Assembly (NCBI GenBank): GCA_964022095.1 | Contig: CAXHZO010000003.1 | Coordinates: 128,001-192,000, forward strand | DNA from: an uncultured Arcobacteraceae bacterium | GTDB lineage: Bacteria > Campylobacterota > Campylobacteria > Campylobacterales > Arcobacteraceae | Direction of reading: 5' to 3' | Length of the DNA stretch: 64,000 nucleotides | Shown: one piece after another, positions 9,869 to 20,061 of the stretch | Layout: every line of letters starts with the position of its first letter | How positions within the stretch are numbered: the first letter of the stretch is position 1 | Translations under genes and position numbers: made by a program | The notes under the pieces: model-generated | The model's input: the letters and a program-made list of their open reading frames with translations, nothing else | What the model was told of the DNA's origin: nothing | The model's database searches: none

Positions 9869-12169
9869 GTGAATTTAAAAAGACTTTTCATGTTACTGTT
9901 TATTTTAAATACAGTTTCATTTATTTTCGTTGCAGTTGTAATTAATAAGTACCAAAATGCCACTATAAAACTAGAAGATGCCTATCAAATGCAACATAAA
10001 TCTTTGATTTTAGCACAAGAGTTAAGGCAAAGTAGTGATGATTTGACGAGAATGGCAAGAACATATGTTGTAACTGGAAATCCTAAGTTTGAGAAACAGT
10101 TTAAAACTACTTTTGATATTAGAAATGGAGATAAGCCAAGACCAAAAAGATATAATGGAATTTTTTGGGATTTCTATACTTTAGGGCAAGGGGAGCCAGA
10201 GTTTTTAGGTGAAAAAGTAGCTTTACAAGAACTTATGAAAAGAGCTAACTTCCCTCAATCAGAGTTGAATTTACTTTTCAAATCCAAAAAAGAATCAGAT
10301 GATTTAACAAATTTAGAACATAAAGCTATGAATGCAGTTAAAGGTATATTTCAAGATGAAAATGGTCAATATACAATTTATGGAAAGCCTAATTTAAAAC
10401 TAGCAAGAGATATTATGCACTCTGATGAATATCATGAAGCAAAAATCAGAATTATGAAACCACTTGATGAGTTTTATAAAGCTTTTGAATCAAGAACAAA
10501 ACAAAAAGTTGATGAAGCAAGAGCTGTTGTAAAAGAGCAAGAGTTTAATGTAAATGTAATTGTGTTATTTTCAATAATTCTTTTCTTGTTATCTTTTTTT
10601 ATTATATTATTTAGAATTGTTTATCCTATTGATTTACTAAGAGTTGTTATGATGAAATTATCATCAAATGATATGAACGTAGACTTAGAGAAGAACAAAT
10701 ATCAAGATGAAATTGGAGATATGATAGGTTCAGTTAAAATTTTTAAAGAAAATACTGAAAAACTAATACAAAGCGAACAACAAATTACACTTGCTATGGA
10801 AGAAGCAACAAGTGCAAATAAAGCAAAGTCAATTTTTCTTGCGCGTATGAGTCATGAGCTAAGAACACCTTTAAATGCAATCTTAGGTTTTGCAGGACTT
10901 CTAAAAAAATCAAAAAATTTAGATAATCAAGAAAAGAAAAATCTTGATGTAATTAAGAGAAGTGGAAATCACTTATTAAATATTATAAATGAGATATTAG
11001 AGCTTTCAAAAATTGAAGCAGGAAAAATAGAACTTGTTCCTAAAACTTTTGATTTTTATGAATTAATAAAAGACATAGAGTCTATGTTTGCATTTAGATG
11101 TGAATCAAAAGGTTTAGAGTTTAATCTTAGTGTTGACTCAAATGTTCCAACGATCATAAGAACAGATGAACAAAGATTAAAACAAATTCTTATCAATTTA
11201 CTTGGAAACTCTTTGAAGTTTACAAAACAAGGGAGTATTTGTTTAAATATCTATGAACAAAAAGGAAAGCTATTTTTTGAAGTAAAAGATAGTGGTATAG
11301 GAATAGATAAAAAAGATATAAAAAAGATTTTTAAACCATTTGAACAAATAAAGAAAGATGATTATCATTCCCAAGGAACAGGGCTTGGATTATCTATTAC
11401 TAAAGAGTTGATTTCTTTAATGGGTGGAAATATATATGTAAAAAGTATATTAAATAAAGGAAGTGAATTTTATTTTAGTATAGATTATAAAAAGTCATCT
11501 AAATCAAAATTAGAAGATAAAATACTCTTAAAAGATGTAATTTCAATTAGTGATAAAAATGATGATAAAACAATTTTAGTAGTTGATGATATAAAAGAAA
11601 ATAGAGATCTAGTAGTTCAAATATTAATGCAATATGGGTTTAAAACTTATGAAGCAAGTAGCGGGAAACAAGCCATAGATATTTTCAAAGCCCATAGCAT
11701 TGATTTGATTTTCATGGATATTTTAATGACAGGTCTTGATGGCTTAGAGACAACAAATATTATAAGAGCAGATTTAAATAAAAGGGATATTCCTATTATT
11801 GCTCTATCTGCTAATGTTTTTGAAGAAGACAAACAAAAAGCATATAGAAGTGGTGCAAATGATTTTTTAGCGAAACCAGTTGATGAAAAAGAACTAATTC
11901 AACTACTTCAAAAGTACTTAGATTTAAATGTTTCATTTAATGAAGATAAATCACAAATTACAGATGAAGTTCTATTTGAAAATTTATCAAAAGAATTTTT
12001 TGATAAACTTATGCACTTTTGTTTACAAATGGATAATGACTCAATAAAAGAGTTGCTAAAATCAAAAGAGTTAGATAAAAGCAGTAAAAAACATATTGAA
12101 GAATTAGTAGAAGATTATGATTATCAACAAATATTAAGAATATGTGAAAATAAATTAAAACTATTTTAG
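9869..12169 (+). CDS. Membrane hybrid sensor histidine kinase (periplasmic sensor-HAMP-HisKA-HATPase-REC)
   Basis: MSHELRTPL, NLLGNSLKFT, GTGLGL; C-terminal VVDD/MDILM/KP receiver. Confidence 0.92.
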   Translation: MNLKRLFMLLFILNTVSFIFVAVVINKYQNATIKLEDAYQMQHKSLILAQELRQSSDDLTRMARTYVVTGNPKFEKQFKTTFDIRNGDKPRPKRYNGIFWDFYTLGQGEPEFLGEKVALQELMKRANFPQSELNLLFKSKKESDDLTNLEHKAMNAVKGIFQDENGQYTIYGKPNLKLARDIMHSDEYHEAKIRIMKPLDEFYKAFESRTKQKVDEARAVVKEQEFNVNVIVLFSIILFLLSFFIILFRIVYPIDLLRVVMMKLSSNDMNVDLEKNKYQDEIGDMIGSVKIFKENTEKLIQSEQQITLAMEEATSANKAKSIFLARMSHELRTPLNAILGFAGLLKKSKNLDNQEKKNLDVIKRSGNHLLNIINEILELSKIEAGKIELVPKTFDFYELIKDIESMFAFRCESKGLEFNLSVDSNVPTIIRTDEQRLKQILINLLGNSLKFTKQGSICLNIYEQKGKLFFEVKDSGIGIDKKDIKKIFKPFEQIKKDDYHSQGTGLGLSITKELISLMGGNIYVKSILNKGSEFYFSIDYKKSSKSKLEDKILLKDVISISDKNDDKTILVVDDIKENRDLVVQILMQYGFKTYEASSGKQAIDIFKAHSIDLIFMDILMTGLDGLETTNIIRADLNKRDIPIIALSANVFEEDKQKAYRSGANDFLAKPVDEKELIQLLQKYLDLNVSFNEDKSQITDEVLFENLSKEFFDKLMHFCLQMDNDSIKELLKSKELDKSSKKHIEELVEDYDYQQILRICENKLKLF

Positions 12170-12177
12170 GATATAAA

Positions 12178-12780
12178 ATGAAAGCAATTTTAATTTTTTT
12201 AATTGCAATAAATCTCTTTGCAAATGATGTAGATAAAGCACTTGAACTAAGAAATAATGGAAAGATAAATGAAGCTATAAAACTTTTTAGCAAGACTTGT
12301 GGTAAATATGATGGTAGAGCTTGTTATAACTTAGCAGTTTTATATGATGAGGGAAAGTTAATAAATCAAAACTATGAAAAAGCTAAAAAACTTTACAAAA
12401 GAGCATGTGAGTTAAGCCATGGTTTTGCTTGTTATAATCTTGGAATAATTTATGACAATGCAAAGGGTGTAAAAAAAGATGAATTAAAAGCAAAAGATTT
12501 ATTTGAAAAGTCTTGCAAGTTGGGTGATAGTTTTGGTTGTTATAATTTTGGTTCAATCTTTTATGAAGGAAAAATTGTAAAACAAGATTATAAGAAAGCA
12601 AAAAAATATTTTGAAATTGCGTGTAAAGCAAAAGACGGTCAAGCATGCAATATGCTAGCTGTTATGTATTATAATAGCTATGGTATTAATTATGATATTG
12701 ATAAGATAAAAGAGTTATTAAAAAAAGGATGTTCATATGGTTATGATGCATCTTGTAGAAATTATAAAAAAATAAATTAA
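12178..12780 (+). CDS. Secreted Sel1-like repeat protein (Hcp-like, Cys-paired)
   Basis: Repeated ACYNLG...G.GV..D..KA..LF.KAC units; signal peptide. Confidence 0.9.
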   Translation: MKAILIFLIAINLFANDVDKALELRNNGKINEAIKLFSKTCGKYDGRACYNLAVLYDEGKLINQNYEKAKKLYKRACELSHGFACYNLGIIYDNAKGVKKDELKAKDLFEKSCKLGDSFGCYNFGSIFYEGKIVKQDYKKAKKYFEIACKAKDGQACNMLAVMYYNSYGINYDIDKIKELLKKGCSYGYDASCRNYKKIN

Positions 12781-12799
12781 AAATTTTAAGGTTTAAATT

Positions 12800-13198
12800 A
12801 TGGATATAGAAATATCAACTCCAGCACTATTATTTCCAGCAATATCGCTATTGCTTTTGGCATATACAAATAGATTTTTAACAACAGGACAACTAATCAG
12901 ATCAATAAGTCATCAAGCTAGAACTCATGGTGGACATGAATTATCAGGTCAGATAGAAAACTTAAAAAAAAGACTAGAACTAACAAAATGGATGCAGTTT
13001 TTTGGAGTGGTTTCAATCTTACTTTGTACTATCTCTATGTTTTCACTTTTTTTAGGATTTTACACTTTAGGAAGGGATATTTTTGGCCTTAGTTTAGGTA
13101 CTATGTGTATATCACTTGTCCTATCTCTTTGGGAGGTTTATATCTCATCAAATGCCTTGAATTTAGAGCTTAAGGACTTACATGATAAGTGTAAGTAA
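12800..13198 (+). CDS. DUF2721-like membrane protein
   Basis: TPALLFPAISLLLLAYTNRF N-terminus; three hydrophobic segments. Confidence 0.75.
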   Translation: MDIEISTPALLFPAISLLLLAYTNRFLTTGQLIRSISHQARTHGGHELSGQIENLKKRLELTKWMQFFGVVSILLCTISMFSLFLGFYTLGRDIFGLSLGTMCISLVLSLWEVYISSNALNLELKDLHDKCK

Positions 13199-13217
13199 AA
13201 GCTTTATTTAAATTTTT

Positions 13218-13727
13218 TTATATTACACCTTTTACTTTATATGCAATAACCTTATAAGCTTTTTCTCCTAAATGAAGACCATCTGTTGTCAAGTCTTCTC
13301 TTAGAAGTTGTTCGTTATCTTCAAAAGCACTATTTAAATTTATAAATTCTATTTTATTTTCATGTGCATATTCTTTTATCATTTTATTAAAAGTTGCAAC
13401 TTTTTTATTTACTGCAGGCATTCTAGTAATAAGAGTTGCATTTAGGATTAGTTTAGTTTTTGTTGATTTTAATTTTTCAACTATTTTTATATAGGTTTCA
13501 AAAACTTTTTCTATGGGAATAGAAATACATAAGTCATTTATTCCTGCCATCAAAACTACAGTTTTGGGTTCTATTTGAATAACTTTATCAACTCTTTTTA
13601 ATATACCTGAAGTTGTATCTCCATCAATTCCAAGATTTAGTATGCATTGAGTTTCTAGTAGTTTTTTCCAATCAGCTCGACGTGTTATTGAATCTCCAAG
13701 CATTACTATATCGATATTGTTTTTCAT
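13218..13727 (-). CDS. GDSL/SGNH hydrolase
   Basis: GDSIT, GIDGDTT, GIND and DGLH blocks. Confidence 0.9.
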   Translation of the reverse strand: MKNNIDIVMLGDSITRRADWKKLLETQCILNLGIDGDTTSGILKRVDKVIQIEPKTVVLMAGINDLCISIPIEKVFETYIKIVEKLKSTKTKLILNATLITRMPAVNKKVATFNKMIKEYAHENKIEFINLNSAFEDNEQLLREDLTTDGLHLGEKAYKVIAYKVKGVI

Positions 13728-13787
13728 ATTAAATAAATCCTTTGCAGTATTAAACCAAAAATAAAATTATAAAGCAAATATGAAGTA

Positions 13788-13804
13788 TGTATACTTTTTA
13801 TACA
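13788..13804. promoter_or_regulatory. 17-bp palindrome TGTATA-N5-TATACA upstream of urtA
   Basis: TGTATACTTTTTATACA; near-identical copy at 24883-24899 upstream of ureD. Confidence 0.65.
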
Positions 13805-13828
13805 AATAACTTCAATAGTTACTAGCAA

Positions 13829-13862
13829 AAACAACACTTAAACAACACTTCTATTTTATACT
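13829..13862 (+). promoter_or_regulatory. 11-bp tandem repeat plus -10 box of the urtA promoter
   Basis: AAACAACACTT x2 (13829-13850), then TATACT at 13857-13862. Confidence 0.6.
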
Positions 13863-13906
13863 TCCAATCAGAAGTCAAAAGGACTTAAATAAAAAGGAGC
13901 ACAAAC

Positions 13907-15184
13907 ATGAAGAAGACGTTTGCAAAAGCAGTAGTAGCATCTGCTTTAATCGGAGGAATGTTAGCACATGCAGCTGATACAATTAAAGTTGGTGTATTAC
14001 ACTCATTATCAGGAACAATGGCTATTTCTGAAACTACATTAAAAGATACAGTTTTAATGTTAATCGAAGAGCAAAATAAAAAAGGTGGGGTTTTAGGTAA
14101 AAAATTAGAGCCTGTAGTTGTTGACCCAGCTTCAAATTGGCCTTTATTTGCAGAAAAAATGAGATCATTATTGACTAAAGATAAAGTAGATGTAACATTT
14201 GGTTGTTGGACATCAGTATCTAGAAAATCTGTTTTACCAGTTGTTGAAGAGTTAAACGGACTATTATTCTACCCAGTACAATATGAGGGTGAAGAATCTT
14301 CTAAAAATGTATTTTATACTGGTGCGTCGCCAAACCAACAAGCAATCCCAGCAGTTGATTACTTAATGAATGAAATTGGTGTTAAAAGATGGGTTTTAGC
14401 TGGTACTGACTACGTATATCCTAGAACTACAAACAAGATTTTAGAGTCTTACTTAATTGCTAAAGGGGTAGCAAAAGAAGATATCATGATTAATTATACT
14501 CCTTTTGGACACTCTGATTGGCAATCAATTGTATCTGATGTTAAAAAATTCGGAAATGCTGGTAAGAAAACAGCAGTTGTTTCTACAATCAATGGTGATG
14601 CAAACGTACCATTTTATAAAGAGTTAGGTAACCAAGGTATTAGTGCTGAAGATATTCCAGTTGTTGCTTTCTCAGTTGGGGAAGAAGAACTTTCAGGTCT
14701 TGATACTAAACCATTAGTTGGACACTTAGCAGCATGGAACTACTTCCAAAGTGCAGAGTCTCCTGAAAATGATAAATTTATTTCTTCATGGAAAACATTT
14801 GTTAAAGATGATAAAAGAGTTACAAATGACCCAATGGAAGCTACTTATATCGGATTTAACTTATGGGTAAAAGCTGTTGAAAAAGCTGGTACTACTGATG
14901 TAGATGCTGTTTCTAAAGCGATTATTGGTCTTTCTGTTCCTAACTTAACTGGTGGAACTGCAACAATGCTTAAAAATCACCACTTAACAAAACCAGTATT
15001 AATTGGTGAGATTCAAGAAGATGGACAATTTGAAACTGTTTACTCAACTGAAGGTGAAGTAGCAGGTGATGCATGGTCTGATTTCTTACCATCATCTAAA
15101 GATGTAATTTCAGATTGGACAGCACCAATCAATTGTGGTAACTACAACACTATTACTAAAAAGTGTTCTGGTCAAAACTACTAA
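13907..15184 (+). CDS. urtA: Urea ABC transporter substrate-binding protein
   Basis: IKVGVLHSLSGTMAISE, FGCWTSVSRK, YPVQYEGEE motifs. Confidence 0.96.
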   Translation: MKKTFAKAVVASALIGGMLAHAADTIKVGVLHSLSGTMAISETTLKDTVLMLIEEQNKKGGVLGKKLEPVVVDPASNWPLFAEKMRSLLTKDKVDVTFGCWTSVSRKSVLPVVEELNGLLFYPVQYEGEESSKNVFYTGASPNQQAIPAVDYLMNEIGVKRWVLAGTDYVYPRTTNKILESYLIAKGVAKEDIMINYTPFGHSDWQSIVSDVKKFGNAGKKTAVVSTINGDANVPFYKELGNQGISAEDIPVVAFSVGEEELSGLDTKPLVGHLAAWNYFQSAESPENDKFISSWKTFVKDDKRVTNDPMEATYIGFNLWVKAVEKAGTTDVDAVSKAIIGLSVPNLTGGTATMLKNHHLTKPVLIGEIQEDGQFETVYSTEGEVAGDAWSDFLPSSKDVISDWTAPINCGNYNTITKKCSGQNY

Positions 15185-15197
15185 TAAAATCTAAAAA

Positions 15198-15226
15198 ATA
15201 AAAGAGAGACTCTTCCTCTCTTTTAT
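15198..15226 (+). terminator. Intra-operon hairpin after urtA
   Basis: ATAAAAGAGAG-N7-CTCTCTTTTAT. Confidence 0.6.
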
Positions 15227-15257
15227 ATTCTCAATCTATTCAAAACAGGACTACTAA

Positions 15258-16859
15258 ATGAAAACAATATTCAAAATGATTTTTCTTAATTTATTAATCC
15301 TATCATCTGTTTTTTCTGCTTCATTTGAAGAAGATATTAAAGCTTTAGATACAAAAAGTTTTAAAACAAAACAAAAAGTAGTTGAGCAGTTAGCTTTAAA
15401 CTATGCAGAAGATGATAGATTAACAACACTTTTTTCTAAGATGGTTCAAGGTGACTTATACTATACAAAAGATGATAAGACTTTTGTAGTTTTAGAAAAA
15501 AAAGAAGGAAAACAATACTTTACTAAAAACTTTTTAACAAATAGTGCTTTAGAGCCTATGGATAAATATAGTTTTAAAAAGGTAAAAACAAACAATAAAT
15601 TAAGAAGTGTTATTAAAAACTTACTTGCACAGATAAATCTATTTTCAAAAAATAAAGAAAAAAGATTAAAATCTGCAAAAAATATCTTAGATAATGTTTC
15701 AAAAGATGATGAAGTGATTATCGATAAAGTTTTAAAAACTGAAAAAGACTCTTCAATCATAGAAGTTTTACAAGAAGCAAAATATATTATTGTTGCAAAT
15801 AACTATACAGGTGATGTACAGTTAGATGCAGTTAAAAACCTAGGAGATTTTATCTCTTCAAAGTCACTTGCAACACTAAAAGCTATCGAAAGTAAGGATT
15901 CTTCAAGCGATGAATTAAAAAAAGTTGCAGCTAAATCAATAGCATCAGTAGAAAGCTCAAGAAGTTTTTATGCTGTATTAGAAACGGCATTTTTTGGTTT
16001 ATCTCAAGGATCAGTTTTACTTTTAGCTGCAATTGGACTTGCTATTACATTTGGTGTTATGAAAGTAATTAATATGGCTCATGGTGAGTTAATCATGATT
16101 GGAGCGTATACAACATATACAATCCAACAAATCATGCCTGGACTTATTGAATACTCAATTATCATTGCTATTCCAGCAGCATTTATTGTAAGTGGTATTG
16201 TTGGTATTTTAATTGAAAGACTAGTAATTAGACACTTATATGGAAGACCACTTGAAACACTTTTAGCAACATTTGGTATTAGTTTAATTTTACAACAATT
16301 AGTAAGAAGTATTTACTCTCCATTAAACCAAGAAGTAAAAACTCCTGATTGGATGAGTGGGGCACTTGAAATCAATAGTGCATTATCACTTACATATAAT
16401 AGACTTTATATCATCATTTTTGCACTGATTGTTTTCTTTGCAATTTTATATGTGATGAAAAAAACAAGCTTAGGTTTAAAGGTGAGAGCAGTTTCTCAAA
16501 ATAGACCAATAGCAAGAGCTATGGGTATTAAATCAAGTTATATTGATGCAGCTACATTTGGTATTGGTTCTGGTATTGCAGGAGTTGCTGGTGTTGCATT
16601 ATCTCAGCTTACAAATGTAGGACCAAATTTAGGACAAGCATATATTGTAGATTCGTTTATGGTTGTTGTATTTGGTGGAGTTGGTAACTTATGGGGAACA
16701 CTAATAGCTGCATTCTCTCTTGGAGAAATCAACAAATTTATCGAGCCAGTTGCAGGAGCAGTTCTTGCTAAAGTTATTATCTTAGTATTTATTATCTTAT
16801 TTATACAGAAAAAACCAAGAGGACTTTTCCCACAAAAGGGAAGAGATGTGGAGGACTAA
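15258..16859 (+). CDS. urtB: Urea ABC transporter permease with soluble N-terminal extension
   Basis: GLAITFGVMKVINMAHGE, LYGRPLETLLATFG, PRGLFPQKGR. Confidence 0.95.
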   Translation: MKTIFKMIFLNLLILSSVFSASFEEDIKALDTKSFKTKQKVVEQLALNYAEDDRLTTLFSKMVQGDLYYTKDDKTFVVLEKKEGKQYFTKNFLTNSALEPMDKYSFKKVKTNNKLRSVIKNLLAQINLFSKNKEKRLKSAKNILDNVSKDDEVIIDKVLKTEKDSSIIEVLQEAKYIIVANNYTGDVQLDAVKNLGDFISSKSLATLKAIESKDSSSDELKKVAAKSIASVESSRSFYAVLETAFFGLSQGSVLLLAAIGLAITFGVMKVINMAHGELIMIGAYTTYTIQQIMPGLIEYSIIIAIPAAFIVSGIVGILIERLVIRHLYGRPLETLLATFGISLILQQLVRSIYSPLNQEVKTPDWMSGALEINSALSLTYNRLYIIIFALIVFFAILYVMKKTSLGLKVRAVSQNRPIARAMGIKSSYIDAATFGIGSGIAGVAGVALSQLTNVGPNLGQAYIVDSFMVVVFGGVGNLWGTLIAAFSLGEINKFIEPVAGAVLAKVIILVFIILFIQKKPRGLFPQKGRDVED

Positions 16860-16862
16860 TTT

Positions 16863-17972
16863 ATGAAAAGACAACCTTTAATATTAAAAATTATGAAAAA
16901 CGATAAAGGTGGAAAGATAGTTCTTTGCGCTCTAGCAGTTGTTGTATTTGTAGTTGCATTTTGTAATTTATTTGTACCATCAGATTCAGTGTTTTATATC
17001 TCAACTTTTACAGTTACGATTTTAGGTAAATATTTAGCATTTGCTCTTTTAGCACTTGCACTTGATTTAGTTTGGGGATATTTAGGAGTACTTAGTCTTG
17101 GGCATGGAGCATTTTTTGCTCTAGGTGGATATGCTTGGGCTATGTATCTTATGAGACAAATTGGGGATAGAGGTGTTTATGGAAACCCAGAGCTACCAGA
17201 TTTCATGGTATTTATGAACCTAAAAGAGTTACCATGGTTTTGGTATGGTTTTGATAATCCTATTTTTGCATTTTTAATGGTGGGATTAGTTCCTGGTATT
17301 TTAGCATTTGTATTTGGATGGTTTGCATTTAAATCAAGAGTTACTGGGGTTTATCTATCAATTATCACTCAAGCGATGACTTATGCACTTATGTTAGCAT
17401 TCTTTAGAAATGACATGGGGTTTGGTGGAAACAATGGTCTTACAGACTTTAAAGATATTTTAGGATTTGATTTACAAGCTGATACTACAAGAGTAGGGCT
17501 TTTAATCATCACTTTTTTATCTTTAACTTTAGGGTATTTACTTTGTAGATTTATCATAAATTCAAGATTAGGACGTGTTGTAATATCTATTAGAGATGCT
17601 GAGAGTAGAGTTAGGTTCTTAGGATATAAAGTTGAGCAGTATAAACTATTTATATTTATAGTATCAGCTGTACTTGCTGCAATTGCAGGGGCTTTATATG
17701 TACCTCAAGTTGGTATTATTAATCCTGGTGTATTTAGTCCACTGTTTTCAATTGAACTTGTTATTTGGGTTGCAATTGGTGGAAGAGGTACTTTATATGG
17801 AGCAATTATTGGAGCTATGATAGTAAGTTTTGCAAGCACATATTTTACTTCAGCTCTTCCAGAAGTTTGGTTATACGCACTTGGTGCACTATTTGTTGTA
17901 GTTACTTTATATCTACCAAAAGGTGTAGTAGGGCTTATCTCTCAAATTAATTCAAAAGTTAAAAAGGCGTAG
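16863..17972 (+). CDS. urtC: Urea ABC transporter permease
   Basis: LDLVWGYLGVLSLGHG, PELPDFM, FGGNNGLTDF. Confidence 0.95.
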   Translation: MKRQPLILKIMKNDKGGKIVLCALAVVVFVVAFCNLFVPSDSVFYISTFTVTILGKYLAFALLALALDLVWGYLGVLSLGHGAFFALGGYAWAMYLMRQIGDRGVYGNPELPDFMVFMNLKELPWFWYGFDNPIFAFLMVGLVPGILAFVFGWFAFKSRVTGVYLSIITQAMTYALMLAFFRNDMGFGGNNGLTDFKDILGFDLQADTTRVGLLIITFLSLTLGYLLCRFIINSRLGRVVISIRDAESRVRFLGYKVEQYKLFIFIVSAVLAAIAGALYVPQVGIINPGVFSPLFSIELVIWVAIGGRGTLYGAIIGAMIVSFASTYFTSALPEVWLYALGALFVVVTLYLPKGVVGLISQINSKVKKA

Positions 17973-17974
17973 AT

Positions 17975-18763
17975 ATGAAACTATTAAAACACGAAAATGA
18001 ACAAAGATTTGGTGATATTAAAAAAGGAGATAGAATCCTTTTAGTAGATGGTGTTAGTGTTAGTTTTGATGGATTTAAAGCTTTAAATAACTTAAGTTTT
18101 TCTATTAATTATGGTGAGTTAAGATGTATCATTGGAGCAAATGGTGCTGGAAAATCTACTATGATGGATGTAGTTACTGGAAAAACAAAACCAGATGAGG
18201 GGCATGTTGTATTTGGTGAAGCAGTTGATTTACTAGAAATGGATGAGCCAAGTATTGCACAAATTGGTATTGGAAGAAAATTTCAAAAGCCAACAGTTTT
18301 TCAAAATCACACAGTATTTGAGAACTTAGAGCTTGCGATGAAAGATGATAAAAGATTTTTCAAAACACTTTTTTCAAAACTAAATGGAGAGCAAAAAGAC
18401 AAAATCGAAGAGACTATGAAATTAATTGGTTTGCAAGAACTTTATAAACAAAATGCAGGAATCTTATCTCATGGTCAAAAGCAGTGGTTAGAAATCGGTA
18501 TGTTAATTATGCAAGAGCCAAAGCTATTATTAGTAGATGAACCAGTTGCTGGTATGACTCCACAAGAGGTTGAAAATACTGCAGAGATTTTAACGAATCT
18601 TGCAAAAGATAATGCAGTTGTAGTTGTTGAGCATGATATGGAATTTATTAGAAGTATCGCAAAAAAAGTAACAGTACTTCATGAAGGGTCAGTATTAGCA
18701 GAAGGTAGTATGGATTCTATTCAGAACAATGAAGATGTTAGAAAAGTATATTTAGGTGAGTAA
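17975..18763 (+). CDS. urtD: Urea ABC transporter ATPase
   Basis: Walker A GANGAGKS, LSHGQKQWLEIGM, DEPVAGM. Confidence 0.95.
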   Translation: MKLLKHENEQRFGDIKKGDRILLVDGVSVSFDGFKALNNLSFSINYGELRCIIGANGAGKSTMMDVVTGKTKPDEGHVVFGEAVDLLEMDEPSIAQIGIGRKFQKPTVFQNHTVFENLELAMKDDKRFFKTLFSKLNGEQKDKIEETMKLIGLQELYKQNAGILSHGQKQWLEIGMLIMQEPKLLLVDEPVAGMTPQEVENTAEILTNLAKDNAVVVVEHDMEFIRSIAKKVTVLHEGSVLAEGSMDSIQNNEDVRKVYLGE

Positions 18764-19460
18764 TATGTTAAAAATAGAAAAAGTAAATCAATTTTATGGA
18801 CAAAGTCACACCCTGTGGGATTTGGATTTAGAGTTTAAAAAAGGTAGATGTACTTGTGTTATGGGAAGAAATGGTGTTGGGAAAACAACACTTAGTAAAG
18901 TAATTATGGGATTACTTCCTATCAAAGATGGAGGATTGATTTATAATGAAAATGATATTTCAAAACTACCAGATCATAAAAGAGCAAGTATAGCTATAGG
19001 ATATGTTCCGCAAGGAAGAGAAATATTTTCACAACTTACTGTTTTAGAAAACCTTCAAATAGGTGTATTATCAAATAGAAATAAAATCAAAGAAGTTCCT
19101 TCTAAAATCTATGATTTATTTCCAGTTTTAAAAGATATGAGTCATAGAAAAGGTGGGGATTTAAGTGGTGGTCAGCAACAACAACTTGCAATCGCAAGAG
19201 CACTTTGTATCGACCCAGATTTTTTAATACTTGATGAACCAAGTGAAGGAATCCAACCAAATATTGTAGCTCAAATTGGTGAGGTAATAGACTACCTTAC
19301 AAAAGAAGAAAATATCACAGTGATGTTAGTAGAACAAAAACTACCATTCGCTAGACGTCATGGTGATGACTTTTATGTTCTAGATAGAGGTAGTGTAGTT
19401 GCAAATGGTGAAATCAGCCAGTTAAGTGATGATATTATTAAGAAGTATATGTCAGTTTAG
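18756..19460 (+). CDS. urtE: Urea ABC transporter ATPase (start may be the ATG at 18765)
   Basis: GRNGVGKT, YVPQGREIF, LSGGQQQQLAIAR, DEPSEGIQP. Confidence 0.95.
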   Translation: MSNMLKIEKVNQFYGQSHTLWDLDLEFKKGRCTCVMGRNGVGKTTLSKVIMGLLPIKDGGLIYNENDISKLPDHKRASIAIGYVPQGREIFSQLTVLENLQIGVLSNRNKIKEVPSKIYDLFPVLKDMSHRKGGDLSGGQQQQLAIARALCIDPDFLILDEPSEGIQPNIVAQIGEVIDYLTKEENITVMLVEQKLPFARRHGDDFYVLDRGSVVANGEISQLSDDIIKKYMSV

Positions 19461-19543
19461 TTTTTATTTAAATAAAATATATCACAAGTAGTTGAAATTG
19501 AATTATCTATTAAAGAAGCTTCATAAATAGTTTTTTTAATAGA
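19457..19543 (-). pseudogene. 3' remnant of the IS-interrupted Ntn-hydrolase/proteasome-subunit-like gene
   Basis: Reads SIKKTIYEASLIDNSISTTCDIFYLNKN*, in frame with 22873-22407 once the IS and one TSD copy are removed. Confidence 0.8.
19536..19543. repeat. Target-site duplication, left copy (TTAATAGA)
   Basis: Identical 8-mer at 22407-22414; both copies abut the terminal inverted repeats. Confidence 0.9.
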
Positions 19544-19642
19544 GAGACTGTTTAGAGTTTTGTGTCAAATCCTGATAGTTGAATAAAACTATATCATATT
19601 CATAATTATTTGTAAATTTAATTCCACTAATAATAAATCAAC

Positions 19643-19684
19643 TTGACAAACATATTTTATTATATTAGAATATTCTAATATAAT
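19643..19684 (+). promoter_or_regulatory. Promoter with 12-2-12 ArsR/SmtB-type operator
   Basis: TTGACA at 19643-19648; perfect 26-bp palindrome ATTATATTAGAA-TA-TTCTAATATAAT at 19659-19684 just upstream of the arsR RBS. Confidence 0.8.
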
Positions 19685-19699
19685 TATATTGGAGTTTAT

Positions 19700-20059
19700 A
19701 TGAGTGAAGAATGTTATAGAGAGTCAAGTAATATCAGTGAAGTTGAAAAAGCTAAGAGTTTTATTTCTGATAATCATTTAGAGATAGAAAAAGAATCAGA
19801 AAAATTAGCACTACTGTCAAATAGTGTTAGACTAAAAATTGTATTACTACTTAAAAACTTCAATAAACTTTGTGTATGTGACATTGGTGAAATATTAGAA
19901 GTTAATCAATCTGCAATTTCTCAACACCTTAGAAAATTAAAAGATGGTGGGATATTGAATAAATCAAGAGAAGGGTTAACTATTTACTATTTTATTGATG
20001 AAGTGAATAACCCTGATTTAATAGGCTTATTAGAAAAAATATTTTTATTCAAGGAATAA
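19700..20059 (+). CDS. ArsR/SmtB-family metalloregulator
   Basis: RLKIVLLL...LCVCDI...QSAISQHLRKLK HTH with CVC metal site and an N-terminal Cys. Confidence 0.92.
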   Translation: MSEECYRESSNISEVEKAKSFISDNHLEIEKESEKLALLSNSVRLKIVLLLKNFNKLCVCDIGEILEVNQSAISQHLRKLKDGGILNKSREGLTIYYFIDEVNNPDLIGLLEKIFLFKE

Positions 20060-20061
20060 CT

